Part shown: positions 26,345 to 40,245 of the stretch, piece by piece | Layout of the letters: every line of letters starts with the position of its first letter | Numbering within the stretch: position 1 is the first letter of the stretch | Made by a program: the position numbers and the translations under genes | From: Octopus sinensis | Taxonomy: Eukaryota | NCBI RefSeq assembly: GCF_006345805.1 | Contig: NC_043015.1 | Span: forward strand, 1,550,001-1,614,000 | Direction of reading: 5' to 3' | Length of the DNA: 64,000 nucleotides | The notes under the pieces: model-generated | The model's database searches: none | What the model was told of the DNA's origin: nothing | The model's input: only the letters and a program-made list of their open reading frames with translations

Positions 26345-27090
26345 AGGTTAGCGGCAATTCGGCTGTCTTCAAGTTCCGAGTTCAAATTCTGCCGATGTTG
26401 ACTTTGTATTTTATGCTTTCGGGGTCGACAAAAGAACTACAAGTTAGCGACTGGGGTCGATGTAATCGACTTCTCTCTCGGTTGTGTGGACGCGCCCAGA
26501 CGATGAAGTAGGTTAGCCCAATACGTAGATATAGTGGGAGAAGCCTAGGCGTCAGAGATCAGACTACAATAGAGTAGCAGAGAGAACAGTTGAGTAGCGG
26601 TTAGAGTTGAGTAGAAGGAATCCGAACGTGCGACATAACACCCTCTTACACCCAAATTGCCTGCCTTGTGCTAAAATTTGAAATCATTATTTCCTTTTGA
26701 AGACGGTGAGCTAGTAGACACGTTAGGAGGATGAATGAAAAGCTTAGTGACATTTCGTCCATCTTTAATTTCTACCGGAAATGACTTTGCCTTTCGTCTT
26801 ATTGCAATCGATGAAATAAGTTCCTGTTGAGCTTTGCACTCCAACACGTCAGAGCTTGTGCCTATGTTAAGAACGGGATTATTAGATCATTTAAGGGGGT
26901 GAATTAGCAGCGTCTTTAGCACGCTGGTTTAAATGCATAATGGTACTTCGTACGCCATTGTATTCAGTGTTGAAATACAGCGAAGGGAACTTGCCTTTAA
27001 TCTTTCTTAACTCGATGAAATAAGGACCAGTCAGGTACAGCAGTCAATGTCATCGACTAGCTCTCTTCCCCAAAATTTCGGGTATTATTA
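26345..27090 (+). mobile_element. Cluster of diverged SINE family A copies; the first is interrupted by a 161-bp insertion (26480-26640)
   Basis: GTTCAAATTCTGCCGATGTTGACTTT...GGGGTCGATGTAATCGACTT, with the tail resuming at 26641. Two more decayed copies follow. Confidence 0.65.
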
Positions 27091-27194
27091 GTTCACCTAA
27101 GTCTCCGGCTGTTTTAGTTTTCGATCAAAATTCCACCTAAGTCACCTTAGCGGATCCCGATTTCGGAGTCGGAAAAAGAAAAAGAGAGCAAATC

Positions 27195-27660
27195 ATATAA
27201 TTTTCTACTCTAGACATAAGGCCCGAATATTTTTTTTTTTTTTTTTTTGGTGGGAGGGACAGTCGATTAGGTCGACCTCAGTACGCAACTGGAACTTAAT
27301 TTAACGACCCTGAAAGGATGAAAGGCAAACTCGACCTCGTCAGAATTTGAACTCAGAACGTAAAGACAGACGAAATAGCTTTCGCATTTCGTGCGGCGTG
27401 CTAAGGTTTCTGCTATCTCACCAACTTAACCAATCAAAATATTCTTTTCTACTCAAGGCAAAAGGCCCGAAATTTTGAGGTAGAGGATAAGTTGATAAGA
27501 TCGACCTCAGTACGCAACTAGTACATAATTCATCGATACCGAAAGGATGAAATGCAATGTCGACCGCGGTAGAATTTGAACTCAGAACGTAAAGTCAGAC
27601 GAAATACTGCAACGTATTTCGTCCGGCGAGCTGACGAATATTCCAGCTCGCCACCCTAAC
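27195..27660 (-). mobile_element. Two adjacent SINE family A copies (tail type B), each with its own head
   Basis: Two repeats of CTACTC(T/A)AG...GAAAGGATGAAA...GAATTTGAACTCAGAACGTAAAG...GACGAAATA. Confidence 0.85.
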
Positions 27661-28159
27661 ACCGACCATTCTCTTTCAAACTGCTGACCTGCGCCTCAAG
27701 GAAGAACTATTGTTAGTTCATTAAAGGTGGAAGTGGAGATTGTTTGGCAGAAACAGTAATGCGAAAGACATATTACATTGCATCGATCATGTCCTTCTGT
27801 GTCGTGGGCTCGAATTCTGCCCAGACCCACTTTATATTTCAATTTTATGCAATCTATGAAAGAGAGAAACTAGTGAGTAGAGACCTCGAAGTCGCTGTAT
27901 TTGCCCGTATATTGCTTTTAATGTACATTCTACACTTAATCAAGACGGGTAATATATAGCTGCATTAAGCATTCTTTGATCGAGTGGCTACGGGTTCGAG
28001 CTGAGGTAAATAATTATTAATGCAATTGACTTTGTTCGTTTCCTGAATGATAACGATCGAACTTCCGGTTGAATTTCCATTGTTTTATGCGATTTCATGT
28101 CTTATGTCTGACTGTTGTATTTACTAATTTATTTTTTGATTTTGTTATTCTCATTTTCC

Positions 28160-28790
28160 GCTTTCCTTTATTTCTCCGCTTATCAATGAAGAAAGAATGT
28201 GAGGGGGTAATTTAAAAGATAAACAAAGATAAGAGGAAAGTGAAAAGGAAAGATTAAGGTAGATTATACGTGAAAGAAGGAAGAAAGAAAATGTTGTCAG
28301 AGAGAGTGAGAGAGAACCGAGCGATAGAAAGAAGAGAGAGAGGAAGAGAAAGTGAAAGTGTAAGTTAGATTATGCGACAGAAAGACAAAAGAACAAGACA
28401 TTGGCAAAGAAGGTCGAGAAGAGGAGGAGAAGGAGAGGAAAAAAACGAAGGAGAGAGGAACAGAGGAAGATAACGAAGGACAGAGGAAGAGAACGAGAGA
28501 AAGTGGAGGAGAACGAGGAAGAGAGGAGAGAGAGGAGAAAACCTAGAAAGAGATATATATACGGAAGAGAGTGGGTGGAAAAGAAGTGTTAGATTTTAAG
28601 TGACAGAGAGATACAAAGAGAAGAGATTGACAGAGGGGGAAAGAGAGAGAGAGCGAGAGCGTCAGATAGGCTGAGACAGGGAGGGAGAGAACGTTGAAAA
28701 GAGAAATACAGAGAGAGAGCGGTAGAGGGGAAGTAACTGAGAAAGATAGAGAGAAGGTGCTTGAGTTAAAGAGTGATGCTAATAAGGAAA
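28160..28790. repeat. Polypurine (GA/GAA-rich) low-complexity tract
   Basis: Direct reading. Confidence 0.85.
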
Positions 28791-30194
28791 GGATATATAA
28801 TGTGTAAGGCCTATGCTTGCTAATGAATTGTCATATTGTTTAATTCTCATTAACGATTTTATCATTATATTTCAATTGATAAAATCTAGTTTCCAAATAT
28901 ATAATGTTTGAAGGAAATATAATACCTTTCATAAAGCCATGAAGGTCTCCAATGCCATTGACCCACTAACCAAAATTCCATAAAATTAATCACAGCACAC
29001 AAGGCCTAATTAACAATGAAATACAAACTTCCGTTCATCTATTTCATTTTTGCATTACATGTATTTTGCGGACGCATACACACACACACACACATATATA
29101 CTCACATACACATACACGATGTACGTGTACACATGTATGTGTATATGAATGGTACTCTCAAAGTATATGTTTATATTTGTGTGTATATGTCTATATCTGT
29201 GTGTGTTTGTGTACGTGTAGTTGTATCGAAGTGTATGTGTTTAAGATATGTATATATGCGTACGGCTTTGCTTGTGTCCTTGAGTGCACATATGTGTATA
29301 TATATGTGTATTTGTTTGTGAATGCTTACATACGTGTAAGTAGATTTTTACTTCATCCGTTCTGCAAAGTCAGCAAAATTCATATCTGATATATTTCCTC
29401 TACAAATCTAATCCTATAATGTACAGCCTTCGTATATATCGCTGATGATGTATATGGCTTCCATACCGCTAAATATTTCGTTCTGAATTTCCACTAATAC
29501 CGCCATCTCAACAAAACATCGAAACCTTCAGCGTCAGTTTATATTAATGGCCATAAATGTATGCTAAGTGACTTGTCCGGAAATGTCTAGTATGGAAGTA
29601 TTTTTTTCCAGAAATTGATCGAACTTCCGGTAAAATTTTCCTTGTTTGTTGTAATATTACACTGCAATATTTTCTATGCATTATATTTATGTATTTCTTT
29701 AATTTTCATTTCAGTTTCGGGTTAGAGAAGATTCTGCTGCTTTTCGAATATATGGGCAGATGAAGATTTTGTGTATTTCGTCATTTTTCATTTTTGTTCT
29801 TCATTTTTTTTTCAGAAAAATCTTACGTCGGTTAACAAGAAAATTGTTCAAAATTATGTTGTTCTGTTTCGTTTATATAATTTTCTTCTCTTCTCTTGCC
29901 TTCCTTCTTTCATTCCTTTCCTCTGTTTTGTGATTGCTTCATTTTTGCTTCCTTTCCATATGTCATTCTTTCTTTCTTTCTTTCTTTCTTTCTTTCGTTC
30001 TTATTTTCCTATGCTAATTAACCCATGCATTTATTCTCGTATGATAGATTCGTAAATTATGAAGACATTAACTCGTAATATAGAACAGAAATGCATTTTC
30101 ATGTGGGCGTTCTTTCTTAATATAGTGACATTTATGAAAACAATAGTCTTTGCATTAGCGGTTCTCGAATTTTATCCCAGTTGTTCATTCCTTA

Positions 30195-30563
30195 GAGAAG
30201 AACTACATTTGAACAAGGGATATCTAATGCTAAAGTTTAATCCATTGGCACCCAATTAAATGGATTTTCCTACAGTTTTGGCTCGATATAAACAAATATT
30301 TGGGCATGAATAGGGATGAGAAGAACTAAATTTGAACAAGGGATACCTTGTGCTGAAGTTTAATCCATTGGCACCCAATTAAATGGATTTTCCTACAGTT
30401 TTCGCTCGATATAAACAAATATTTGGGCATAAATAAGGATGAGAAGAACTACATTTGAACAAGGGATACCTAATGCTAAAGTTTAATCCATTGGCACCCA
30501 ATTAAATGGATTTTCCTAAAGTTTTCGCTCGATATAAACAAATATATGGGGCATAAATAGGAA
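30195..30563. repeat. Tandem repeat, 3 x 123 bp
   Basis: GAGAAGAACTACATTTGAACAAGGGATA...GTTTAATCCATTGGCACCCAATTAAATGGATTTTCCTA...GCTCGATATAAACAAATAT starts at 30195, 30318 and 30441. Confidence 0.92.
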
Positions 30564-30934
30564 TGATTCTGCTCTATCACTAGCTTACACTCGATTACGA
30601 GAAAGATAAGGTTACTACCCCAAACATTCGAATTGTAATTCTGACTTACACGTAATTTGAAATAAGTGCATAGACTGAACCCAGAATCGGGTGGCTGGTA
30701 AGCAAACTTCTTACTACACAACCAGTCCTGTGCCTATTTAAAAAGTTTTTTTCTATTGTATTTTCACTTTTTCTCTCTGACTTACCCGTTTTCTCTATCA
30801 CATGTCTCTGTTAATGAAGAATCTGGTGTGTTTGTTTTAATAGTCTACCAAAAGTATACAGTACGTTTCTCTGCCCTGGGTATCAGGAAAACACTCGGCA
30901 AGGTAAGGAAACAGGATTGAAAGAAGATGTTAAT

Positions 30935-30944
30935 GAAGATAATA

Positions 30945-30994
<50 letters not shown>

Positions 30995-31156
30995 TAATTA
31001 TAATAATAATAACAATAATAATAATATAATAATAATAATAATAATAATTATATAATAATAATAATAATAAAATATTATAATAATAATAATAATAATATAA
31101 TAATAATAATATAATAATAATAATAATAATAATAATATCATAATAATAATAATTAT

Positions 31157-31187
<31 letters not shown>

Positions 31188-31208
31188 AATAATAATAATA
31201 ATTATAAT

Positions 31209-31250
<42 letters not shown>

Positions 31251-31272
31251 TATAATAATAAAATAATAATAA
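30935..31272. repeat. (AAT)n microsatellite, probably an expanded LINE tail
   Basis: Direct reading; abuts the Tx1 3' end. Confidence 0.95.
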
Positions 31273-32190
31273 CTATTTCATTTATTGGCCACTAGGGCCG
31301 ACATATAGGGGTCAATACAGTAGGCGAAGACAGGGGGGGTTTACACAAAAGAACGACTAGACAGTTAATAAAATAATAACAATAAACATAATATATATAT
31401 ATATATTTCTTTACTACCCACAAGGGGCTAAACACAGAGGGGACAAACAAGGACAGACAAACGGATTAAGTCGATTACATCGATCCCAGTGCGTAACTGG
31501 TACTTAATTTATCGACCCCGAAAGGATGAAAGGCAAAGTCGACGTCGACGGAATTTGAACTCAGAACGTAACGGCAGACGAAATACGGCTACGCATTTCG
31601 CCCGGCGTGCTAACGTTTCTGCCAGCTCGCCGCCTTTAATATATATATATATATATATATAACAATGACATTTCCCCAATGGGGGGATGACCACACAAGG
31701 TTAGCTCGGGTACTTCGCTAAGCCTGAACCACCCAACGCTTCGGGTGTACTCGGGAAGGGTACACCTCACTGCCTCTAATACTCCTGTCTACAGGCGCAT
31801 TAATACGGTAGGCTCACTGACACGGGCCATTTTCGCTACATTCACCCACGTTTCAGTCACTTCCCTCTCCACCCTCATCATTCTTTCCAAGTGAAATTTG
31901 AAAAAGTTGATGAGGGATTGGCCGAAGAGAAAAAGTGTCAGTCTTCAGTCCTTTCAACATGATCCACCATACAACGTTTTCGCTATTGCTGCCAGGCAGA
32001 GGAAAATTGCCTGCCCTTCCTGACAAAAGGAAAGCGGCGTGTCAATCTTCATTATGGACTCGGCAGATAGCCGGATCCGTCCAAATTGTGTAAGCACTCT
32101 TTGGTCACCTTACAGTGAAACTCACCCCTTTTGGGGAAGCATATTGCCAATTTTATCTCTTTGTTAATCGTTGTGTTTGTTGGCTGTTTA
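31273..32190 (-). mobile_element. Tx1/L1-clade LINE 3' fragment (ORF2 C-terminus + 3' UTR) with a nested SINE
   Basis: Minus strand: FLCLAAIAKNVVWWIMLKGLKTDTF / GQSLINFFKFHLERMMRVEREV...WVNVAKMARVSEPTVLMRL* (stop about 31789). The UTR ends CGGCCCTAGTGGCCAATAAATGAAATAG + (TTA)n. Confidence 0.65.
31404..31636 (-). mobile_element. SINE family A, full length, inserted in the Tx1 3' UTR and flanked by (TA)n
   Basis: Consensus-like head, core and tail type A. Confidence 0.92.
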
Positions 32191-32265
32191 TACGTTTTAC
32201 CTCACTGTACCTTGTCTGTGTATAGTCCTCTATGCATTGCATTCGGCCCTAGTGGCCAATAAAGA

Positions 32266-32341
<76 letters not shown>

Positions 32342-32344
32342 GTT

Positions 32345-32579
32345 TGACTTTTGACCTCAAGAGACAACAGGTTGAGAAGTTCACGTTGTGTTATGCCTAG
32401 TGTGCACTAAATTTGGTTGTTTTTTTGTGTTGTACTGGTGGATATCTAAAAAAAAATTTTGTTTTAAACTTTGAGATTACATAGAAAGTATTTTGCGTAT
32501 GATATGAGCAGTTCCCATGAGCACTATCTTTTGAATTTCTGCCATTTTGGGGTTTCCTGGTATCTGAGTTAGTATCTGA

Positions 32580-32580
<1 letters not shown>
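32345..32580 (-). mobile_element. R4/Dong-type RLE LINE extreme 3' end
   Basis: ORF 32477-32674 ends IPGNPKMAEIQKIVLMGTAHIIRKILSM* (LQK..LLGTA.I.R..L motif), followed by a UTR and an (AAT)n tail. Confidence 0.75.
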
Positions 32581-34130
<1,550 letters not shown>

Positions 34131-34499
34131 CACCACCATCATTATCATCGTTGCCAATGATATCATCAACAACAATAACAAGATTCTTTTTTTTTTCTTA
34201 AAGAAGGAAAGAGTTGCCAATGTCAAGATGTCTGAATAGTTATTAATTATCGATTTTTCCAAGTAATTTGATCAGAATATTTTAGCAAATAAATTTCCGA
34301 TAAAGGCTAAACTACATTGCACTTCTATAATTGTACTTGTATGAACGTAGACAATCCTAAGTTTAGGTTTATTACTTCGTACTTGTAAATCATGCAGAAT
34401 AGCCGAGGTTGGTGTCTCTTACACATTAGTACATGAGGCTTGTACTACCTGTTGTTTGTTTGTACTAAAAGAGAAACTTAGAGTGACTTTCTTGTGCGA

Positions 34500-34680
34500 T
34501 TCTGTGTGTGTGCGTGTGTGCCTCTGTGTGTGTGTTCCTCCGTGTGTGTGTGTTCCTCCGTGTGTGTGCGTGTGTGTGCATATGTGTAATCGTATGTAAA
34601 GACACGCATATATATATGAATGTATCTGTATCATTCGTTTAATAAATCTATATATCTATCTATTTATGTATTTATGAATG

Positions 34681-34724
<44 letters not shown>

Positions 34725-34763
34725 CATGCATATATATATATATCCATCGAGTCAGTACATATG

Positions 34764-34813
<50 letters not shown>

Positions 34814-35540
34814 TGTGTGTGAGTGTGTGTATGTATATATGTATGTATGCATATATATACCTATATACATTTATGTACACGCACACTCACACACACACAC
34901 AAATACATGCATATATGAAAATATTTACCTCACATTTACTTAAGATATATGTATATAATGATGCATGTATCTATGTTTATATGATATTGTGTGTATTTTG
35001 TGTGTGTATGTATGTGTGTGCGTGTATGTGTGTGAGTCTGAATTTGTGTGAATGCATGTGTATTTCTGAAAACATATGAGTACATATATACATTTATTGC
35101 TATTCTGAGTCATGTTTATACGCATACACTCACACACAAAATTGCGTACATACATCCAGTCAGTACGTATTCATGTCTGGTCACATGTTCACCAAAGTCA
35201 AGACATCAAATTGTGGTGAAGACAATTTCAGATAAGGAAAGACGTCCGCACAACGGATGTTCTTCAAGAGAAGATGAGCCACAGAAATAGAAGATTACGA
35301 CCGTTCTACAAGATGCTGGTAATTTCATTGAGATTAGGAAGTCTTAAAATAGAAAGCAGGAACTGGGCTAGAATTCTGTATATTAAACCCTTCTATAAAT
35401 GGGGATTCATCGCACCGAGATAATTTATACTGATTAAACCTAGATCCATTCATAGTTGTTTGTATGTGTGTGCATGTGTGCATGTGTGCATGTATGTGTA
35501 ACTGTTTATGTGTGTGTGAGAGATGTGCATGTGCACGGGC

Positions 35541-35571
<31 letters not shown>

Positions 35572-36030
35572 CAAGTATATGTATGTGTATAAGAATGTAG
35601 GAGTATATATGAACGTGTGATTATAAATATATATATATAATATATAATATATATATATATATATTATAATATACATATAATATATATATAGAGATTATAA
35701 TATACATATAATATATATATATAAATTATAATATACATATAACAGATATATATATATATATATATATACATATATATATACATCATTTATATATATACAT
35801 CATAATATATATATATCAATATTGAGACATATACATGTATGGATGCATATATATATATTATGTATATATATGTACATACATACATATATATGCATATACA
35901 TATATATATATATATATCTATATATATTCATATATCTATATACACATACATGTATATAAATATATATATATGTATCTATGTGTGTGTAAATGTGTATGTA
36001 TGTGTGTGTGTGTGTGTGTATGTGCCTGTT
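34500..36030. repeat. (GT)n/(TA)n compound low-complexity region
   Basis: Direct reading. Confidence 0.9.
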
Positions 36031-37921
36031 CTTAGTGCTGACTGTCTGACTAAAAAAGAATACTGAATGCCGTAACAGAGATTAATATGTTTTATTTTAA
36101 AAGAGCGGAAAGCTAACAGAATCCTTCACAGGCTGGGCAAAATGCACAGTTCAAATCCTGCCGAAGTCGACTTTGTCTTTCATCACTTCGGGGTCGATAA
36201 TATAAGACTCAGCAGTGCACTGATTGCCTTATAGTCCTCTTACCACTTCCTACGAACCTGCTCACTTTGTGCCAAGATTAGAAATCAATAGTTTTTTTTC
36301 TGCTGTAGGCACAAGGCCTGAAATTTTGCTAGGTGGGGCTAGTCGATACGATCGACCTCTGTTTGTCAAAATATTAGATCGACCTTAATTTGTCAAAATA
36401 TTTTCGTCGCTTTGAAACCGCGACGTGTTCACTGACAAATTCCGTGCAACATCTTTTTTCGTTTTGTCTTTATTCGATTTGAGTATAAATTTATACATAT
36501 TCTTAAAATTGCATGCGTAAAGTTTCATTACATCATGTCCTTATTCCAAGTAAATTGAATTATTATTGGAGATAGTGATTGATCGTCGATAGTGGTTGAT
36601 CGGCGATAGTGAAATATGTGACAACTGTGTAGGCCAGGAGCTGCTGTCGATAGAAGAAACAGATTATGAACTAAAAATGATAGAATCATCGGATCTTAGC
36701 GGGTTTTGTGACAACCCTACCACGAATCACAGCTGACGGAGAAGTCGGTACCTCAAGTTCACTTTCTCTATCCGAACATTATCATATTTTTAGCAATCGG
36801 CCCCCGTTGTAAATGAGAAGGCAAGATTGAGATCGGTACCTTCCCCCTGGAAGCGGAGATAGTTTCAATAAATTAAGAATACATATTGTATATCATTTAA
36901 TATATTATTTTCTGATACCGCGGAGTATTAAGAAACTCATGTAACATTTAATATATGAATAAAAATGAAACTTATATGACATTTTGAAATACTGAGTTAA
37001 AAGTCCAAATAAAGGGACATTCTTGATATTTATTTCATATTTTGACACAAGTCTCGCAAGTTCGTGTGGTTCAACTGGTACTTATTTCATGAAAGGCAAT
37101 GTTGACCTCCAATAATCTCAATATTAATCACTTTTTATTCTATCAGAGCGTTAATGAGCAAACTCATGATGGAAAACGTTATTGAGGTAAACGATTTTGC
37201 AGACGATTTTGCAGACGACATGCTGTCAGGGCGTTATATTTCAATACGCCCTTATTTCTATCTGGTTTGGCAACATATTAAAGCAATCCCGTGGTTGCTT
37301 TCCGTTTTCAATATATATAATGCTAGGAAGAGAAGATGAACAGAGAATGAATTACCAACAAAAGAAATTCATCCAATTTTATATCAAATGTGTTTGATAT
37401 CCTCCGAAACAAACCAGAAACTGATGATCACTTAATGCTTTGTCGGAAGGAAGAAACACCGGAAGTTACTACTTGAGCAGAAAAGCTGGACATAAAAAAT
37501 GTAAAGGGAATTTTAAAGAGTTTCAACATTTCTCCACAATAGGGGACAAATTTTGGCAATAACAGTTTGAAGAGAAGTGATTGTTGTGTAAAATATTACT
37601 TTTTAATAAGTATTTCCTCCACCATATATCAGACGGAAATTGGAGACTTGAAATTCGTAGGACAATAAGATGAGGGTCTCACTTGACTACATAGATATAT
37701 ATACAGTCATACATACATACATACATACATACATAGCCGTAAATATAGAAACGTACACACGTATATAAATATATTCTTATATATCTGTATATATACGTGT
37801 GCATTTATATGCAAATATGTCTTTCTATAAACACAATCATAAGTGCACAACATACACACATACATACCTACATACACACACATACATACACACATATATA
37901 TATACATTATATACATTATAT

Positions 37922-37964
<43 letters not shown>

Positions 37965-37999
37965 ATATATAATACATACACACACATACATACATACAT

Positions 38000-38048
<49 letters not shown>

Positions 38049-38053
38049 ATATA

Positions 38054-38651
38054 TAGCAATTAAGGACAACTACTTAATAAGGAAAACTTAACAAGAAATT
38101 GTCAGGTAGATAGCGTGAAAACCTCATAAGAGAACAAATTTCGAAAATAATTATTTCTTATTGAACATATTAATTTATATATAGAGGGCATTATACATAC
38201 ATGCCAGATGGGATTATACATACATGCCACACGCTAAGAGGGACAATTAGTCATTTCTACCAAAAATATTACTAATCCCACCGAATGCAATTTTTCAAAG
38301 TAAGACATTTAAAAAATATAGACCTGTATCACCGTGATTTCATACTTACATATTCATCAGCAGGCCTGGATGTATCATACATAAACGACCCTGCCTCGCT
38401 TAAGCCGATCAGCTAACTGATCAACATCAACGAAGCACATGGGTGAGTTTACATATATTACATCCTGTAAATGTCAGACTTTTACGAATTGCATTTCGGG
38501 AAAGGAAAAGTTTTTTCGGAATAAAAATTTAGCAATTAAGGACAACTACTTAATAAGGAAAACTTAACAAGAAATTGTCAGGTAGATAGCGTGAAAACCT
38601 CATAAGAGAAAAAATTTCGAAAATAATTATTTCTTATTGAACATATTAATT

Positions 38652-38659
<8 letters not shown>
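38054..38659 (-). mobile_element. Non-autonomous Penelope-like/retrozyme-like element: 476-bp unit with 130-bp terminal direct repeat
   Basis: 38054-38183 and 38530-38659 differ at one position (GAACAAATT vs GAAAAAATT). The hammerhead lies in the unique middle, and (TA)n flanks both sides. Confidence 0.75.
38321..38366 (-). ncRNA. Type I hammerhead ribozyme (minimal)
   Basis: Minus strand GGCCUG-CUGAUGA-AUAU(GUAA)GUAU-GAAA-UCA(CGG)UGA-UA/CAGGUC. Intact CUGAUGA and GAAA core; stem I GGCCUG:CAGGUC, stem II 4 bp with GNRA loop, palindromic stem III. Predicted cleavage after AUA, between 38327 and 38326. Confidence 0.8.
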
Positions 38660-38682
<23 letters not shown>

Positions 38683-38785
38683 AGGAAGGGAGTATGTTTG
38701 TAGAGTGACTGGGCGTAGTCGTACTTTAGAAGCCTCTCGGAAGGATTAAAATTGTAATTCTCTATTATTATAGTGAATCTAATTA

Positions 38786-39003
38786 AGGTAGCGAGATGGC
38801 AGAATCGTTAGCACACCGGGCGAAATGCTCAGTGATATTTCATCTGTCGTAACGTTCTGAGTTCAAATTCCCCCGGGGTCAACTTCGCCTTTCATCCTTT
38901 CTGTATCGATAAATGAAATACCTGTCGCGTGCTGGGTGGATCTAATCGACTGGCCCTCCTCTTCAAAAATCTCGGGTTTGTGCCTAGAGTAGAAAAGAAT
39001 ATT
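38786..39003 (+). mobile_element. SINE family A, full length, tail type B
   Basis: Head TGGCAGAATCGTTAG, B-box GTTCAAATTCC, tail GTGCCTAGAGTAGAAAAGAAT. Confidence 0.88.
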
Positions 39004-39589
39004 CTTTACAGAATTTCATACATACATACAGAATGTATATATGTATATACGTATGTATGTATGTCTATATATATATATATACATTTCAATAAACACATAT
39101 ATACATATCTATAGAGTGCAAACAAATGTACATAAAGATGTTTGCATTTTTAATGTTGCATTTTCTTTTATAAAATTTCATACTATATTTTCACAACTAC
39201 CTCAGAAATGAGTCCCTCTTGTCCTGATCGGTTTGAAAGCCATTTTCTAGTTCAGAGCAAACATTACAACAAAGTTTCATTGATATCGTACGGAAAAAAG
39301 CCATTGAAGAACATAAAAACTGCCATGTTGCTGATATCTTTAATCAGAGACACAGCTTTTAGCATGTTTCTTCAAAAGCATGGTCAGATTCAGACTGAAT
39401 CGCAAAGCAGGAAGTGTGTGTTTAAATAGAGATACGTATATATTTCTTTATCCAATTTTCTGTTCCTTTTATGTTTGCGTGTGGCTATGTGAGGGTGTAG
39501 TCGTTAGAGTACGCCATACGTATATGTGTGTGTGTGCATATATATATGTGTGTATTATATAGGTGTGTGTATATATATATATATATGCA

Positions 39590-39976
39590 TGTGGTAAGTA
39601 GCTTGGTTACCAACCATATGGTTCCGGATTCATTTGCACTGCGTGGCACCTTGGGCAAGTGTCTTCTACTATAGCGTCGGGCCGAGCAAAGCCTTGTGAG
39701 TGGATTTGGTAGGCAGAAATGGAAAGAAGCCCGTCGTATATATGTTTTTATATATATTATGTGTGTGTATAGGTTTGTGTGTTTGTGTTTGTCCCCCAAA
39801 CATCGGCTGATAACCTATGGTGGTGTGTTTACGTCCCCGTAACGTAACGGTTCGGCAAAAGAGAAAGATAGAATAAGAAATAGGCTTGCAAAGAATAAGT
39901 CCTGGGATCGATTTGCTCGACTAAAGGTGGTGCTCCAGCATGGCCGCAGTCAAATGAATGAAACACGTAAAAGAGA
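39590..39976 (+). mobile_element. SINE family C, near full length
   Basis: Reverse complement of 7673-8090. Confidence 0.88.
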
Positions 39977-40007
39977 ATGAGAAAAGAAATACACACAAAC
40001 ACACACG

Positions 40008-40039
<32 letters not shown>

Positions 40040-40064
40040 TTTATATATACATACATGTGTGTAT

Positions 40065-40245
40065 GTAAAGAAGTAGGGTTTTCGTCTGTCTTTACGTTCT
40101 TAGTTCAAATTACGCCGAGATCCACTTTACCTTTCATCGTTTCGGAGTCTATAAATTAAGTACTGTTTGCGTACTGGGGTCGATCTAATCGACTGGCCCC
40201 TTTCCCAAGAAGTTCGGGTTTTGTTCCTAGAGTAGAAAAGAATAT
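40065..40245 (+). mobile_element. SINE family A, 5'-truncated, tail type B
   Basis: Core and tail match 38786-39003. Confidence 0.8.

Noticed and set aside
29714-29770. Possible exon after TTTTCATTTCAG (FRVREDSAAFRIYG...)
   Set aside because: No convincing donor, no recognisable protein and no neighbouring exons.
30195-30563. CRISPR-like periodicity
   Set aside because: Whole 123-bp units repeat with no unique spacers; eukaryotic context and no cas genes.
37421-37460. CTGATGA occurrences here and at 29442, 42985 and 56560
   Set aside because: No stem II/GAAA/stem III arrangement follows.
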